Shown: positions 42,221 through 62,420, counted from the first letter of the whole stretch. The stretch: 63,875 bases of DNA, filler included, from Collodictyon triciliatum (GCA_043381765.1; 5 parts of 4 records of this genome joined end to end with filler, not necessarily neighbours in it), one strand, 5' to 3'. The notes: generated by a model not told the origin, from the sequence alone. Program-made: numbers and translations.

Positions 42221-43656
42221 TATACGGAATCCGAAGGATAAGAAAGGAGCCGCAGAAATGGACACCAGAAGAGGTTGAATACCTTTTACATACATAGTCT
42301 CATCTGAACAAATATTCACTGCACTTGCTGACTGTTTAATGCAGGATGAAAAGCTTCGAGAGGCTGTCTTACTTTATAAAGCCAGTCATTGGAAGCTCAT
42401 TGCCGAGCATCTGGAGAACCGAAGTTATGTCCAGTGCATGCATCGCTGGCAGAAGGTTCTAGCCCCAGAGCTGGTGAAAGGGCCTTGGACGAAAGAGGCA
42501 AATTCCTTTTAAATTGCTTCGTCCCATAAATACCTTTTTGTATCGTTTGGTAGAATTGTTTATTTTTTCCGTCTTGAGATTTCGGGTGTCTATGCAAACC
42601 GTTCATTTTTTTTTAAAGCTAGCTCAAAATTTCATGGGCTTTAGTTTTAAAACTGGCTTGAAATATCGGCTTTTCTTTTTCTCTTTTTTCTCTTTTCTCT
42701 TTTTTCTCTTTTCTTTTCTCTCTCTTTTTTCTCTTTTTTCTCTTTTTTCTCTTTTTCTCTTTTCTTTTCTCTCTCTTTTTTCTCTTTTTTCTCTTTTTTC
42801 TCTTTTCTTTTCTCTCTCTTTTTTCTCTTTTTTCTCTTTTTTCTCTTTTTTCTCTTTTTTCTCTTTTTTCTCTTTTTTCTCTTTTTTCTCTTTTTTCTCT
42901 TTTTCTCTTTTTCTCATTCTACCTATTTGTGCCCGTAGGAAGACCGCACGCTCTCGATGCTAGTACATCAACACGGGACAAAAAGTTGGGCCATTTTAGC
43001 CCAAGGTTTGCCTGGCAGAACAGCGAAGCAAGTTCGTGAGAGGTGGGTTCGCTCTCCGACGCATAAACCCCACAAAGCTTTCCATGCTTGTTTTGGTCTT
43101 ATGTTGTATAGTCGCCACGTAGTCATGTTGAATAGTTTCATGTCACCGACAATCAACCAACCAACCAACCAATCAATCAATCAATCAAAAAATAATAAAG
43201 GTGGCTTAACCACTTGACTCCTGGAATCAAGAAGGATGGGTGGACTGCCGAGGAAGATAAGCTTATCGTGAGTGGGATAAAAAAGTATGGGAAGAGTTGG
43301 ACTGACATTGCAAAGCATCTCCCTGGACGGTAAAGCCCCCTTATTCGTGATTTCATGCTTCATACAGGGGCCATCTTTTGAAAACATCAATTAAAGTGAT
43401 AACATGAAAGTTTAGCATAAATAAACCCTTCCACGAATCTTTCTATCAACACAGGCCCTATAACTCCATCAAGAATCGTTGGAATTGCACACTGCACAAG
43501 ATATATGGAGACCAAATCGGCGCAGCAGAGCAGGGGCCTGAATTCGAGGGAGACCCCGACACAGAAGCCGACCTCGATACCGAAGGGGATTCCTTCAACA
43601 ACCAGCCCATCCGATTCGCCAGCCAAGCCATCGTCAGCGACCAAGCCAACGCCTAA
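42221..43656 (+). CDS. Three-repeat (R1R2R3, c-Myb-like) MYB transcription factor; 5' end unresolved
   Basis: R1 KWTPEEDEKL...HWKLIAEHLENRSYVQCMHRWQKVLAPELVKG; R2 PWTKEEDRTL...SWAILAQGLPGRTAKQVRERWLNHL; R3 GWTAEEDKLI...SWTDIAKHLPGRPYNSIKNRWN; then a short acidic tail. Confidence 0.92.
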
Positions 43657-44110
43657 CAACAAAACCGATGTTCAAAACGAATATAAAACCTCTCACACCC
43701 TAGCACACATTCCTTTCACTTCCTCCCAACGCTGTTCTTCATCTGTTTGACTTTTGCGCCCAGCAACACACAGCGCAGACTCAGCCGGCAGCGTTGTCAA
43801 GATAACCCAACCAAGATTGTTCCCTTCAGAACACACGACGGATGGTGCGCCACAGGCAGATGACGTCTTTGGCCGGATTGGGAAAAGTCAAAATATTTCA
43901 CATGAAAAAAAAACAAAGAAAATAACAATTAAGAAAATACCGAATAGAAGGACAGATGGAATGATCCAACGCCCAAATCAACAAAGGCAAAGAGATCAAC
44001 CCGCTCGCGTCAAGAAAAGGAGAGAGAAAGAACAAAAGAACCTGTAATGCCTTGTACACCCTTTCTAACCAGCAACACAGACCCGCAAAACAGACCGCCG
44101 ACAAGACAAA

Positions 44111-46988
<2,878 letters not shown>

Positions 46989-47202
46989 CAGAACGGACGG
47001 CGAGGATATAGATAAAAACAAAAACAAACACAAACACACGCATGAGAGGCGGTGCATCATCTTCCCTGGGCTGCAACGAAGTGGACAGGCAACAACAGAG
47101 GGCATCGGCAGTGTAAGGCGGGAAGAGTGTTATTAAGACGGACAGAGCGAGAGAGAGAAAAGAGAGGAGAGGGGGAGACAACCGATCGGAGAAAGGGGGC
47201 GT

Positions 47203-48549
47203 CTAGTGCTCGGCGTTGGCCTCTGCAAGCTTAGCAGCAAAGAGGGCGGCGGCGCGGTCCCAGACGGGGCTTCCAGCCGCCAGGGCGAGGAGGTGGGGGA
47301 GGAGGGCGTCGGAGAAGTCGTTGGAGCTCTCGCGGGGGAGGACAGAGGGGAGGTTGTCGATGGCGGTGACGAGGAGGGGCGGGTGGGCGGGGTGGAAGTG
47401 GACGGGGCGGACGGGGCAGACCCAGTCGGTGGGCGCGTCGTAGACGGGGACGGGGTTTGCGGGGTTTGTGCAGTCGCAGCTGACGTCCGAGAGGACCGCG
47501 AGCCGCAGGGGCGCACGTGCAGCCGCCGCGTGCATCTGGGGCAGCGTCAGGAAGGGCGGGACGCGGGCGGAGGGCGCGAGGTAGATTGCGTTGACGACCA
47601 CGTCGTGCGCGAGCAGCTCGTCGAAGGGCCCGCCGCGCGCCGTCTCCGCCACGTCCCACTCGGTCAGCCGCACGCGCACGCGCTCGTCGCCCCCGGCGGC
47701 CACCAGCCGCACCAGCTGCCCGGCCCCGCTGCCGCACCGGCCCTTCGCGCCGATCACGAGCACGCGCGGGGCGTCGTCCTCCTCCTCCTCGTCGTCGCCC
47801 TCCCCCCTGTTCCTCTCCTGCCGCAGCTGCCTCTGCGCGAGGCGCACCTGCCCCTGCACGTGCTCGACCAGCGCCTGCTGCGTCTCGAAGTGGCGCACGG
47901 GCGGGAACGCAGAGGCGGCGTGCAGCACGCGATGCGCCCAGATCAGCAGCCCCAGCGCCGTCCCCACGAAGCCGGCCGGCTGCCCGAAGGCCGCCACGCG
48001 CCGCCCCTGCTCGTCCACAAGGAACTCCAGATCAAGGAGCGTGCCGCCCCCGCCCCCGAAGCGCCGCAGCAGCTCCCGCCACCCGCTCTGCCCCTTGAAG
48101 CAGTGCGCAAAGAAGATGTGCCGCTGCGACACCGCCCCGCCCTCCTCCGGCAGCTCCTTCAGCCCCAGGATGATCCACTCCCTCCCGGCCCCGCTCCAGC
48201 TCCCGCTCGCCGCAAGCCGGCACCCGGCCGCCTCGTACTCCAAGTCCTCGAAGATCCGCTGCTCAGACCGCTCCACCACGATCTCGAACCCCGCTGCAAC
48301 GAGCTTCCTGTTTGGTTTTCGTCCCGCTTCTTTAGTCTTTTTTCTCTTTTTTTTCTCTTTTTTTTTCTCTTTTTTTTCTTTTTTTATCTTTTCGAGGTTG
48401 TTGCTGGAAAACAGAGTAGCTTGCGGTCGGCAAGTCGGTGGGTGGAATGCTTACGCGGCGTTGGTCGGAGTCAGTGGTGTGCGGCGCTCAAAGGGCTTCA
48501 CTTCGTGGCGCAGCCAGAGGCGCACCGGGGTGTTTGTGGGCTGGCTCAT
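47203..48549 (-). CDS. LYS1: Saccharopine dehydrogenase, NAD+, L-lysine-forming (Lys1-type); one intron at 48308-48454
   Basis: LWLRHEVKPFERRTPLTP, IILGLKELP, HIFFAHCFKGQ.GW, GGTLLDLEFL.DEQGRRVAAFG, IGAKGRCGSGA, WDVAETARGGPF, DVSCD.TNP.NP.PVY and IDNLPSVLPRESS are collinear with yeast Lys1. Confidence 0.95.
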
Positions 48550-49286
48550 TCCTTCTGAGGTTTTTTGTCTGGTGTGGGTTACTGGGTATTCTTGATTATT
48601 TTCATTTTTTGCTTTGTTCTTCTTATGTCTGCTTTGCTTTTCTCCGCCGTGATTTCCTTCCGCGGCTTCGCGACATCATTGACATGGTGGGGTTTCTGTG
48701 GGCGGCTGCAACTCTCGCCTCCTTCTCTTCTCTCCCACCTGCTTCAACCCTCTCCACTGGGCTGCTCTGTGGCGTGTTTGTTCTGTTTGCTGCTGGTATG
48801 TGTGTGTGCCTGTATCCGGGCGCTCGCTGCATTTGGTGGTGACGCTGCGCCACACCGCGGCTTGTGTCGGACACATGCTGCACTCCGAGGTTGGATTGCA
48901 TATGGCCACAATGCTGCTTCGGTCGGCGGAATATGCGAACACCCAACTCATCTCTTCCTTTTCCTTTTCCTTTTTCTTTTCTGGGGTGGGATCATTCGCC
49001 GAAAACTGCATATGCTGTGCTTCACCTCGCACAAAACGACACACACAAGCACACACCTTTTTTCTCTTATTGCCACAGCGTGAGGATGTCTTACTCAAAT
49101 ATCCACAAAAGAAAGGAGCATTGATTCAATATGGCCAAACTCTCCACCCAAGAAGAGGCTGTTCTGGCTTGCGCGTTCACTTTTTTCTTCCCTCCCACTT
49201 TTGCACGACCAAGCTCAGTGTGAAAAGCCTTTCTCGTAGTTGCCTTTGCTGCTGGAGACCGCGGCGCGACTGACCTGCTGAGTTGG

Positions 49287-53678
<4,392 letters not shown>

Positions 53679-53679
53679 A

Positions 53680-53787
53680 TGCAGTTCGCTCTCCCCTTCC
53701 AAGGACTCATTCTCCCCATCTCTGCATGACTGCGGATATCGGGTTGAGAATTGATCTTGGGGAGTCCCAGAGGAGATTCGAACTGCG
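53680..53787 (+). other. Long imperfect RNA hairpin immediately 3' of the SelO stop
   Basis: Nested complementary blocks by manual pairing: GCAGTTCG/CGAACTGC, TCTCC/GGAGA, CCAAG/CTTGG, ATTCTC/GAGAAT, CCC/GGG, and TCTGCA/TGCGGA closing a TGAC loop. Confidence 0.6.
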
Positions 53788-53953
53788 ATATACGTCCGGG
53801 GATAATCTTTATATCTTAAAATATTCTATCCTTCTTTTCTTTTCTTTCTTTTCTCAAAATAAGAAACCCCACGTTCCTTCTACATATTGAAAAGGATCAC
53901 ACCCGGATGTTATTACCTATGCACAAGCAAGACATGAGAGCTTGGCACCTTTC

Positions 53954-54033
53954 CGTTTTGATTTCTCATGAAAACTTCCTTAAAAATTCCCATCGTGCGG
54001 AAATAAGGACATGTTTGAGATGGAATCAGGACG
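53954..54033 (+). promoter_or_regulatory. Eukaryotic SECIS element, type 2, in the SelO 3' UTR
   Basis: Helix I CGTTTTGATT/AATCAGGACG; core A-TGAA (53968-53972) with TGAG (54016-54019); helix II AAC..TCCTTA/TAAGGA..GTT; unpaired AAAA; mini-helix TTCC/GGAA. AATAAA follows at 54058-54063. Confidence 0.88.
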
Positions 54034-54672
54034 TCGTCTTTTCTCGTAATGTGCATGAATAAACTGCGACTCAATCGCTTAAGGAAAGCCAGTATGCACA
54101 TGGGTGTTTCACATACTTTGTTAGATGGCTTCTCGGCAGCATTCTGCGTAGATTATCTTTGCAACTACATGCTGGGCGAATGTATCCGGATATTCTTAAG
54201 GGGCCCTAGTCGATGAATCTGGCCGCAGAAATAAATGTCGGAAGTGGGGATTCTCCACAGCTTCATTTTATCTCTTGCCTGATGTTTATGCCGATTCTCC
54301 ATCCTGAAAAGCTAATGTATCGGGCATCGAAGAAAAGAAAGTAGAATCTGCCCGCCGCATCCTTGCAGTTTTGTGATTAATCAAGTATTTGGACAATGCG
54401 CGGATTTCGTGTATTCATTTTTGGAGTCCCGTCGCGGCTTGTTACTGTATACCTGCAAGACCCTATATGGTCAAGCATGTGATATAAATGAACTCTTCTT
54501 GAATTGCCAGTGTTGTATGGTCGATTTTCCCTTGCGGCACACTGGTCTCTTTTGAGTAGCCGATTTTGCGTTTGATTGAACAGAATCATGGGTAAAAGCG
54601 AAACAAATATACTTTTTTTTTTGGTGAAAGAGGTTAAAAGTGGTCTGAATCCTAATAAACCGGAGAAGATGA

Positions 54673-55351
54673 GTCTATTGGGCCGAAATTATAAGCGTTA
54701 TAGACCCGCCGATAGTCAAAAGCTGGAAGCAAGCCCGTATACCTCAGTTACTCCCGAAACACCGCGCCCTGCTTCTCAATATCTCCAACAGAGAGCTGTG
54801 GATAGGTGCACGTGTAGTTCACGCAGCAACGATCTCTCCAGAATGCACCATGTGCCATAGTGGAGATGACTCTATGGAACACACATTTGTGAAGTGCTCC
54901 CTTGCTCAAAAAGTCACAGAATCTACCGACAAGATGCTCTCTGAGCTTGATTATGCTTCCAACCGACTCGGCGCGTCTGACATCCTGTTTGGCCCACAAT
55001 ACCAAATGACCCACGACTCTAGAATACTCTGGACAGTCACAAGGGGACATATGCTGTGGTCTTTATGGAGTGTGTGCATTCTCTCGCTCTAATGATTCAC
55101 CCGAACTAGAAATAAATGTATCCAGGCTTGAGAGCCTCGTGCAATACAGCTTCCTGAACAACCTGCCGAAACACGCCCGCATTCTTCGCTACCCTGACCG
55201 CAAGCGAAAAGAGATGTGGGAATGTGTCGTGCGATATCTCCCACAGCAGATCCAACCCCTGCTACCCACGCAACCAATCAACCAGTTGGGACGCCCACCT
55301 GACCAGCTCGTTATCACTGATTTCTTTCCAGTGCTACCCTCTCCACGGTAG
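54673..55351 (+). mobile_element. Degenerate 3' remnant of a non-LTR retrotransposon (LINE ORF2 C-terminus, zf-RVT-like)
   Basis: One frame reads SWKQARIPQLLPKHRALLLNISNRELW...ECTMCHSGDDSMEHTFVKC (C-x2-C-x8-H-x4-C)...LWSLW. There is an upstream in-frame stop at 54670 and a frame change near 55090. Confidence 0.7.
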
Positions 55352-55878
55352 TGTCTTCCCCTACTCGCGTTTGCTCTCTCCCATGCGCTTTGTTGATGCG
55401 TGGCGTTTATGAGAAACATCTAATTATACTAATCCACGTGTTATGTATTAAAGCTTAATTTCACATAATATTACATTTATGAACAGAAAATACACTCAAT
55501 TTACAAAATCGATGGCTTCATATAATTTTTCCATATTTGATGGCTGTCACTGGCTAACGGCTACTTCTGCTCTTGGAAAATCTGAAACGGCGTATTTTAA
55601 TTGAATTTACGAATTTCTCGATAAAAGATAATCAGAAACATCGCATCAAGAAACCAAAGAAACCAAAGAAACCAAAGAAACCAAAAAAAGAAAAAAAGAA
55701 AAAAAAAGAAAAAAAGAAAAAAAGAAAAAAAGAAAAAAAGAAAAAAAGAAAAAAAGAAAAAAAGAAAAAAAGAAAAAANNNNNNNNNNNNNNNNNNNNNN
55801 NNNNNNNNNNNNNNNNNNNNNNTTAATTAATTAANNNNNNNNNNNNNNNNNNNNNNNNNNNNNNNNNNNNNNNNNNNN

Positions 55879-58800
55879 GGAGGCCTACGATAGGGACAAT
55901 TTGACATCAGTCATTCCCTTTGTTTGTAAAGTTCTTGAATCGTGTAATAGGTCCAAAGTTTTCAAGCATTACAACCCCTGGGTTTTCAACATACTCCGAT
56001 TGCTTGTGGAAATTCATGGTATACCTGATATTAAACTTCACATCAAGTTCGAAGTCGAAGTGCTGTTCAAGTATCTCTCAATCGAGTTCAAAGGTTTTTC
56101 TCTCTCCATATTGACTGGCCCTTTTAATTCCCGGTTCTCATTAGTGAGAGACCAAAGGTCATTCTTTGAAAGGAAAAAATGCTGTAGATACTTTTGTCCT
56201 TTTCTAAACTTTTCTTCTTCGCAAGACCTCCCGCCAAGTGATATTTGCAGGAATCGACGAGGTCCTCCGATAACCACGGTACCAGAGGTGGCCCTGTCTG
56301 GTGGACTTGGTAAGCGTCTTCGTGCTTCCTACATGTTCATTTTTCGTTGGTCGATACATGTATTATTTTAATCAATAACACTTTGTTTAACTCCTTCAGA
56401 TTCAAAGATCTGGCCGCTCTTTGCCTCAAAAATACAAATCAGTTACCCAACACCCGACATCCTTTCAGTACCACAGTCACGTGCAATAACTCTTCTAGCA
56501 ACACAGAAGGCCATTCAAGATGTAAGATTTAACATTACGTCAATTATACTCTACGTGCTAATCATACATATTTTGGCTTATGTAGTGTTTATGATTCTTA
56601 ACATCGCCTACGTCACTCTCAAAAGATTTTTTTCGTCTGATATATTTCAAGTCATCAATTTTTTTTGCAAAATAGATTATGAATCCCGTGGTTGATCGAT
56701 CAGCTTCTATCGCTTGCATCACAACAAAAGAACTAGTTTGCAAAGACTTTGCCACCGACACAGACGAGGTGCGATTGAAGCAGGCTGCCCAGAATATGGC
56801 TCAAAGTTTGGCAGGTTTGTCTTGTTTCCAAAATAACCTTATCTTAGCTTGCTTAACATATCTCCAACCCCTGGTACGAGTATTTGCGAAATCTATGAGC
56901 TTTCAATTCTTTCAATTCTTTCAATTCTTTCAATTCTTTCAATTCTTTCAATTCTTTCAATTCTTTCAATTCTTTCAATTCTTTCAATTCTTTCAATTCT
57001 TTCACTTCTAATTCTTCTAATTATTTTTTAATTTACGTGAGTTCTATGCCGCATATCACAAAATACTCTATGGCTTTTCTTCTCATATAATATAAGGAGC
57101 CTTTCTGACCATCATACTCTCTAATAGGTAATTTGGCCTTGGTGGCATGCAAGGACCCTCTACGGGCGAGCATGGTCAATTACATTAGACAGCACCTTCA
57201 ACAAGAAAGAAGCTTACAACAAACTAACCCACCGGAACGTCTAATTCAAATTATTGAAATGGCGACTCAGGCTATGAGGTTCATATCATATCTCCTCTCC
57301 TATAAGTAGTATTACTTATCGTGTTTTCTTATACTGAATGTTATGTCTGTATATATTGGACTTCATATCGAGATTCGTACTTACATATTTCTGACGCTTT
57401 TGCAGCAATGACAATGTTGATCTCGCTTCAAGCATCATCGAAAAGGCTGCGATGGATAAAGCCACCAAAGATATTGAAGAGAGATTAAGCCAGTCTTTTG
57501 CTGCAAGAAGACGTGGACGCGACGTTAGTTCTCACTTGTTATTTTGAATTTTAATTGTGATATCGATATAGGCCGAACGTAAAGAATATACTGATGTAAA
57601 ATTGCCTTCCTCTACCTGTATTTACTTATTCGATAGTGATTTCATCGTCGGATGTTTAGACAGTGCTTCATGTTGCTAAATTTGATATTTCGTAACCACC
57701 AGCCACAAGATGCACCCTTCGTTGATCCGAATGCAGTCAACCACGCAAGATTCTCATCATCACTACCCGATGTTCTCAGACCAAAGACTTCTGGCCTGAC
57801 CGCTATGCAGGTACGCTCTTAATTTCCTCAAGCATGATTTCTCTGTTTTCTCATCCAAAAGGTCGCATAAGATTGCGCCCAATATCCATCATGTCTCGGT
57901 CTCTCTCTTGTTCATCTTCAGCTAAAAAAGGAGAAGCATATTATATCGTTCACAAAATCGTTGCATTCCTAATAGTTAAGGGTTTATGAGGATTATTCTC
58001 GACTGAGAAATATAAGAGGCGATATGGAAGGTACGTACCCTTTGAATGATTTATTGTGAGTATATTTACGTGACCTATATTCGGATCTCAAATTCAAACG
58101 ATGGCCAGCGAATCAAATCCAAAACCTCCACCTCTTGCAAAAATTAATAGAAATAATAAAATTCTTTTATTCGGATCTAAATTGAATACCTGATGCAGAA
58201 AATACCTTCAGCGGAGCTCCAACGGGCAATCTACTTATTATCATGGTTTGTGAAACTTATGTTCTGTTCAATTATAATACCAAACTACAAGTATATTTGG
58301 TCAACCGTGACACAACCTTCTGTTTGTAGGCCTTATCATACCAAGATAGCATTCATTTATCATTAAGCATATACATAATTATCATGCTTTGTCTATCTCC
58401 TGGTTTACACCTTGACTTTATTTCAGAATGCTCTGGGTGAACTTGATCAAACGCTATCCCGTATAAGTGCTGAGAATATCAACCCAGCAACCGACCAGGG
58501 GTTTACTCGCATCCTCCGCAATATACTACATTTGTTGCAGCAAGCACAACCACTTGATGATACCCTACATGGTGTGGCCTTCAACGTAAGTAACGCGATT
58601 TCGTCACATAGTTGATATACGAATACAATATTTACTTGAAAATAACAAGACGGACTGCATGAAATATTTAAAAGTGAATTAAATAGATATTCAAAAGACT
58701 CTACGAGCTTGAGAATCGACTCCAGGTAGAAATCTACATCAATATTTTGGACCAAATCCAGAAAATTGGCCAAAAGCAGGACATTACAAGCCTTTTTATT

Positions 58801-61800
58801 CGAATGGAGGATGAGGTATGTTTTTACACGTAAATGCAAATATGAAACTGGGCCAATCATATTGCTTGCTAGATCTCTGAGTTGTAAAAATTGTGCATTC
58901 TTAATTGAAGAATAATATTTGATTCGCGTTGTAAATGCAGAGGAAACTTCACTTTGGAATAGTCGCTACGTTGTCACGCCTGCAATATTTCAACATCCCT
59001 GAAATATGCGAGTACCTGTCCAAATTGATTCAAGCATCATCAAACATAGCACACATTGATTTTGCCATTGTAAGGGAACTCATCGCTCGCTTTTAAATTT
59101 GATGAGGCGTTTTCTTACGATTTAAGATCCGCTGCTTTTGCGCTTTCTGTGCAAATATTTTTTTTTGTTTCTTTTTTGAAAATAAAATTCGTTCTATATA
59201 CTTTGAACATGAAGCATGTATTTTTTTCTTTTCATTTAATATCTTATCTTTACTATCGAATAAAGGAAAAAAATCTTATCTTTACTAAACATGCACATAT
59301 AACATGGTGAAAGGATTACACACGCAAGTGTGTCATTGATGACCAGTCGGCCACTCTCCAAGATATCTCTTCAATATTAGAGACACTTCAATCAAAGACC
59401 ATACTAGCAAAGGCACCAGAAAAAATCTCCAAATTCTTAGAAGAGATTCGTATTCTCCAAAACTCGGACGACAGAAACAGACTCGCCCGCCTCCTAACAA
59501 GACTTAGCCGACAAGTACCTTTTTCTCTCTAATTTCCTCGATATTAATTATTGAACTATTTTTCTTTATTTAAGGGATTGAATACAATGACCATCACCAT
59601 GCACTTTGGTCTTTTTTTTTGTTTGTTTTTTTTTTTTGTTTTTTTTTTGTTTNNNNNNNNNNNNNNNNNNNNNNNNNNNNNNNNNNNNNNNNNNNNNNNN
59701 NNNNNNNNNNNNNNNNNNNNNNNNNNNNNNNNNNNNNNNNNNNNNNNNNNNNGTTTGTTTGTTTGTTTGTTTGTTTGTTTGTTTGTTTGTTTGTTTGTTT
59801 GTTTGTTTGTTTGTTTGTTTGTTTGTTTGTTTGTTTGTTTGTTTGTTTGTTTGTTTGTTTATATTTCTCTATATCTGAGTTATGTTATAAACAAGTTTTA
59901 TCATTTATATTTGTTCCCTGTAAAGGAACCCATCGAGAGCGTTAAGGCCCAGGACCCCCACATCAAAATATTCTTGGATTGGTCAGCCACACTCAGCCAG
60001 CCACAAGGCGAAAGCACGTCTGAAAAGTTACTGGCTGAAATACAGTCTCTACAATACCTCAAAGGAGATGAACCTGGAAATGTTTTCTTTCGAAGTGTCG
60101 CTCGTTACTGTGTCGATGAGTTTTATAACTCCCAGAATTCTAGTCTACAGGCCATAGATGATTTTGCAAAGTTCGTTGTTGTCCTCGTCAAGAGCACGAG
60201 TGACCCAGCGGGAGAGATTGCTAAGGTTGACTTGCTCTCACGCATCCTCGATTCGGTGATTATAGTGTTGGCACGTGACCATGAAACAAGAAAAATCAAG
60301 TTCAATCAACGACCATTCCTGAGATTATTTTCTACTTGGCTTCAAGACTTCAACCAACCCGACACACTCCTGGACCTGATTAACTTCCAAGTTCTCGTGA
60401 GGTTCAGCACAGCGTTCCAGGCCATCAGCCCATTGAGATTCCCTGGATTCGCTTTTGCTTGGCTGGAGCTTATCTCAAACAGAATGTTTATGCCCAAGTT
60501 GCTATTCTCCAAAGCTCAGAAAGGATGGTCCTACTTCCAGCATCTGTTGGTTGACTTATTCAAATTTCTGGAGCCTTATCTCAGGAGCGCAGATTTGAAG
60601 GAGCCAATCAAGCTTCTTTACACAGGAACATTGGTATTTTGATTATTTTTTTTAACCTTTTATGATATTTTGTACATCTTATTTTGACGAGTATTGAAAA
60701 CGAATTCTGATTGTATTCGAAAGAAGTAACAAGTAATAGTACTCCAACATATTTTTGTGTGAATTTATTGCTTATATTATGTTGTCCAGAGAACTCTCTT
60801 GGTGCTACTCCATGATTTCCCCGAATTTCTTTGTGACTACCATTTCAGGTTCTCTTCAAGCTGACTTTATGATACCTAATCTATAAATTTATATTGGTGT
60901 ATCGTTATATTTTTAAAAATAGAGAGATGGTACCAATCCAACATTTAAATTAATGCACAGCTTCTGTGATGTCATTCCCCCAACTTGTGTGCAAATGAGG
61001 AACTTAATATTGGCCGCCTTTCCCCGCAATGTCAGACTGCCAGACCCATTTACCCCCAACCTTAAGGTTTTTTTTTCTGTCATTTTTTTCTTCGTTTTTA
61101 ATGTTAGCAATCCTCTACACAAAAAGAAAACCGTACTTGCTTACATCCCCTTCAACCCAAATCGGGCTGTTGTTAGATCGATGATTCACGTCTGTTCTTT
61201 GTGTAGGTCGACCTCCTCCCTGAAATCAACCACCCCCCAAGAGTTCTATCTTCTTACACGACAGCGCTGACTCAAGCCAACGTCAAACTGGAATTGGAAA
61301 ACTTCCTGAAAACTAGACAACCAGCAAGTTTGCCGATGGAGTTGCGCGCACGCTTTTCGCTACAGTCGATGGGGCAGAATAGCCTTCAATACAACGTCCC
61401 GCTGATCAACGCAGTTGTTCTACATAGTATGTAGATTTACTCATAGGAGATATAGCCCACAATACTGTCGATGAAGATAAAAAAGAAATGATTATTTATT
61501 AAATCCATATTATGTTACCCATTTCATATCCTAATATATATTTTTTACCGCTAAAGTCGGTATCCAGGTGACCAACTTGTTGCAGTCAAGAGCCAGCAAC
61601 GCATCACCACTTGCGCATGGGTAATCGAATTATCCAACTATCCAACTATCCTATTATAGGACTATTCATCTTGATTTGTCAAACTTTCCTTCTTCATCTC
61701 GATGGGTGAAACAAATTTGTATATTTATTCTGAATTGTTTCTTTTCTTTCTTTGGAACCCAACCTCACTAAATGGACCAATTATCTTTTCCTGCATATAT

Positions 61801-62420
61801 ATCAGCGCATCAATGGACATCTTTCAATACCTCGCCGAAAACCTTGATTCTGAAGGTAAACGAAAAGTAAAAAAATATGAAAAGGACATAAAGCGACTTA
61901 TGTAAATGAATAGCAAAGAGAACTCCAAAAACTCATGGCGATGTGCCTTCAATTCCATCGACATATATACATGACCTATTGACTCATGAGCGATGCCATG
62001 ATTTTAGGATGATATTTTTGACAGCACCGACAAGAAATGTACGCACTCACAATCTCATATACGTAAATAGGCCGCTATCTCTTCCTGAACGCCATAGCTA
62101 ACCAACTGCGCTACCCAAACACACATACACACTACTTCAGCTGCATCCTGTTATATCTTTTCGCTGAGGCCAAGGAGGACATAACGCGTGAGCAAATCAC
62201 CCGTGTTCTCTTGGAACGCCTGGTTGTCAGCCGCCCTCACCCATGGGGACTCCTTATCACGTTCATTGAGTTGATCAAAAACAGCCGCTACAACTTTTGG
62301 AGCCACTCCTTTACAAGATGCGCTCCAGAAATCGAGCGCCTGTTCGAGTCTGTCGCGCAGCACCCGGTGAATCCCGGCCACCAACAAAACAGCGGAGTTG
62401 CGACATCGTCCACACAATAG
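55879..62420 (+). CDS. CNOT1: CCR4-NOT complex subunit 1, C-terminal half (5' part beyond the linker gap)
   Basis: [10 protein letters not shown]...[109 protein letters not shown], and [14 protein letters not shown]. Confidence 0.97.

Noticed and set aside
47206-48595. Long antisense ORFs (450 aa and 334 aa) over LYS1
   Set aside because: Expected shadow ORFs of GC-rich coding DNA. They run through the T-rich intron as poly-Phe and show no motifs.
48565-49273. Several 100-190 aa ORFs between LYS1 and SelO
   Set aside because: No motifs or consistent exon structure. This is more likely the shared divergent promoter and UTR region.
53726-53760. ATGAC near the SelO stop as a SECIS core
   Set aside because: It lies in an apical loop with no helix II or matching GA quartet. 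The element at 53954-54033 fits all criteria.
53757-53790. tRNA-like GTTCGAATC...GGGACTCCCCA on the minus strand
   Set aside because: The T-stem does not pair, and there is no D-arm, anticodon arm or 5' acceptor strand. It is better explained as the 3' arm of the hairpin.
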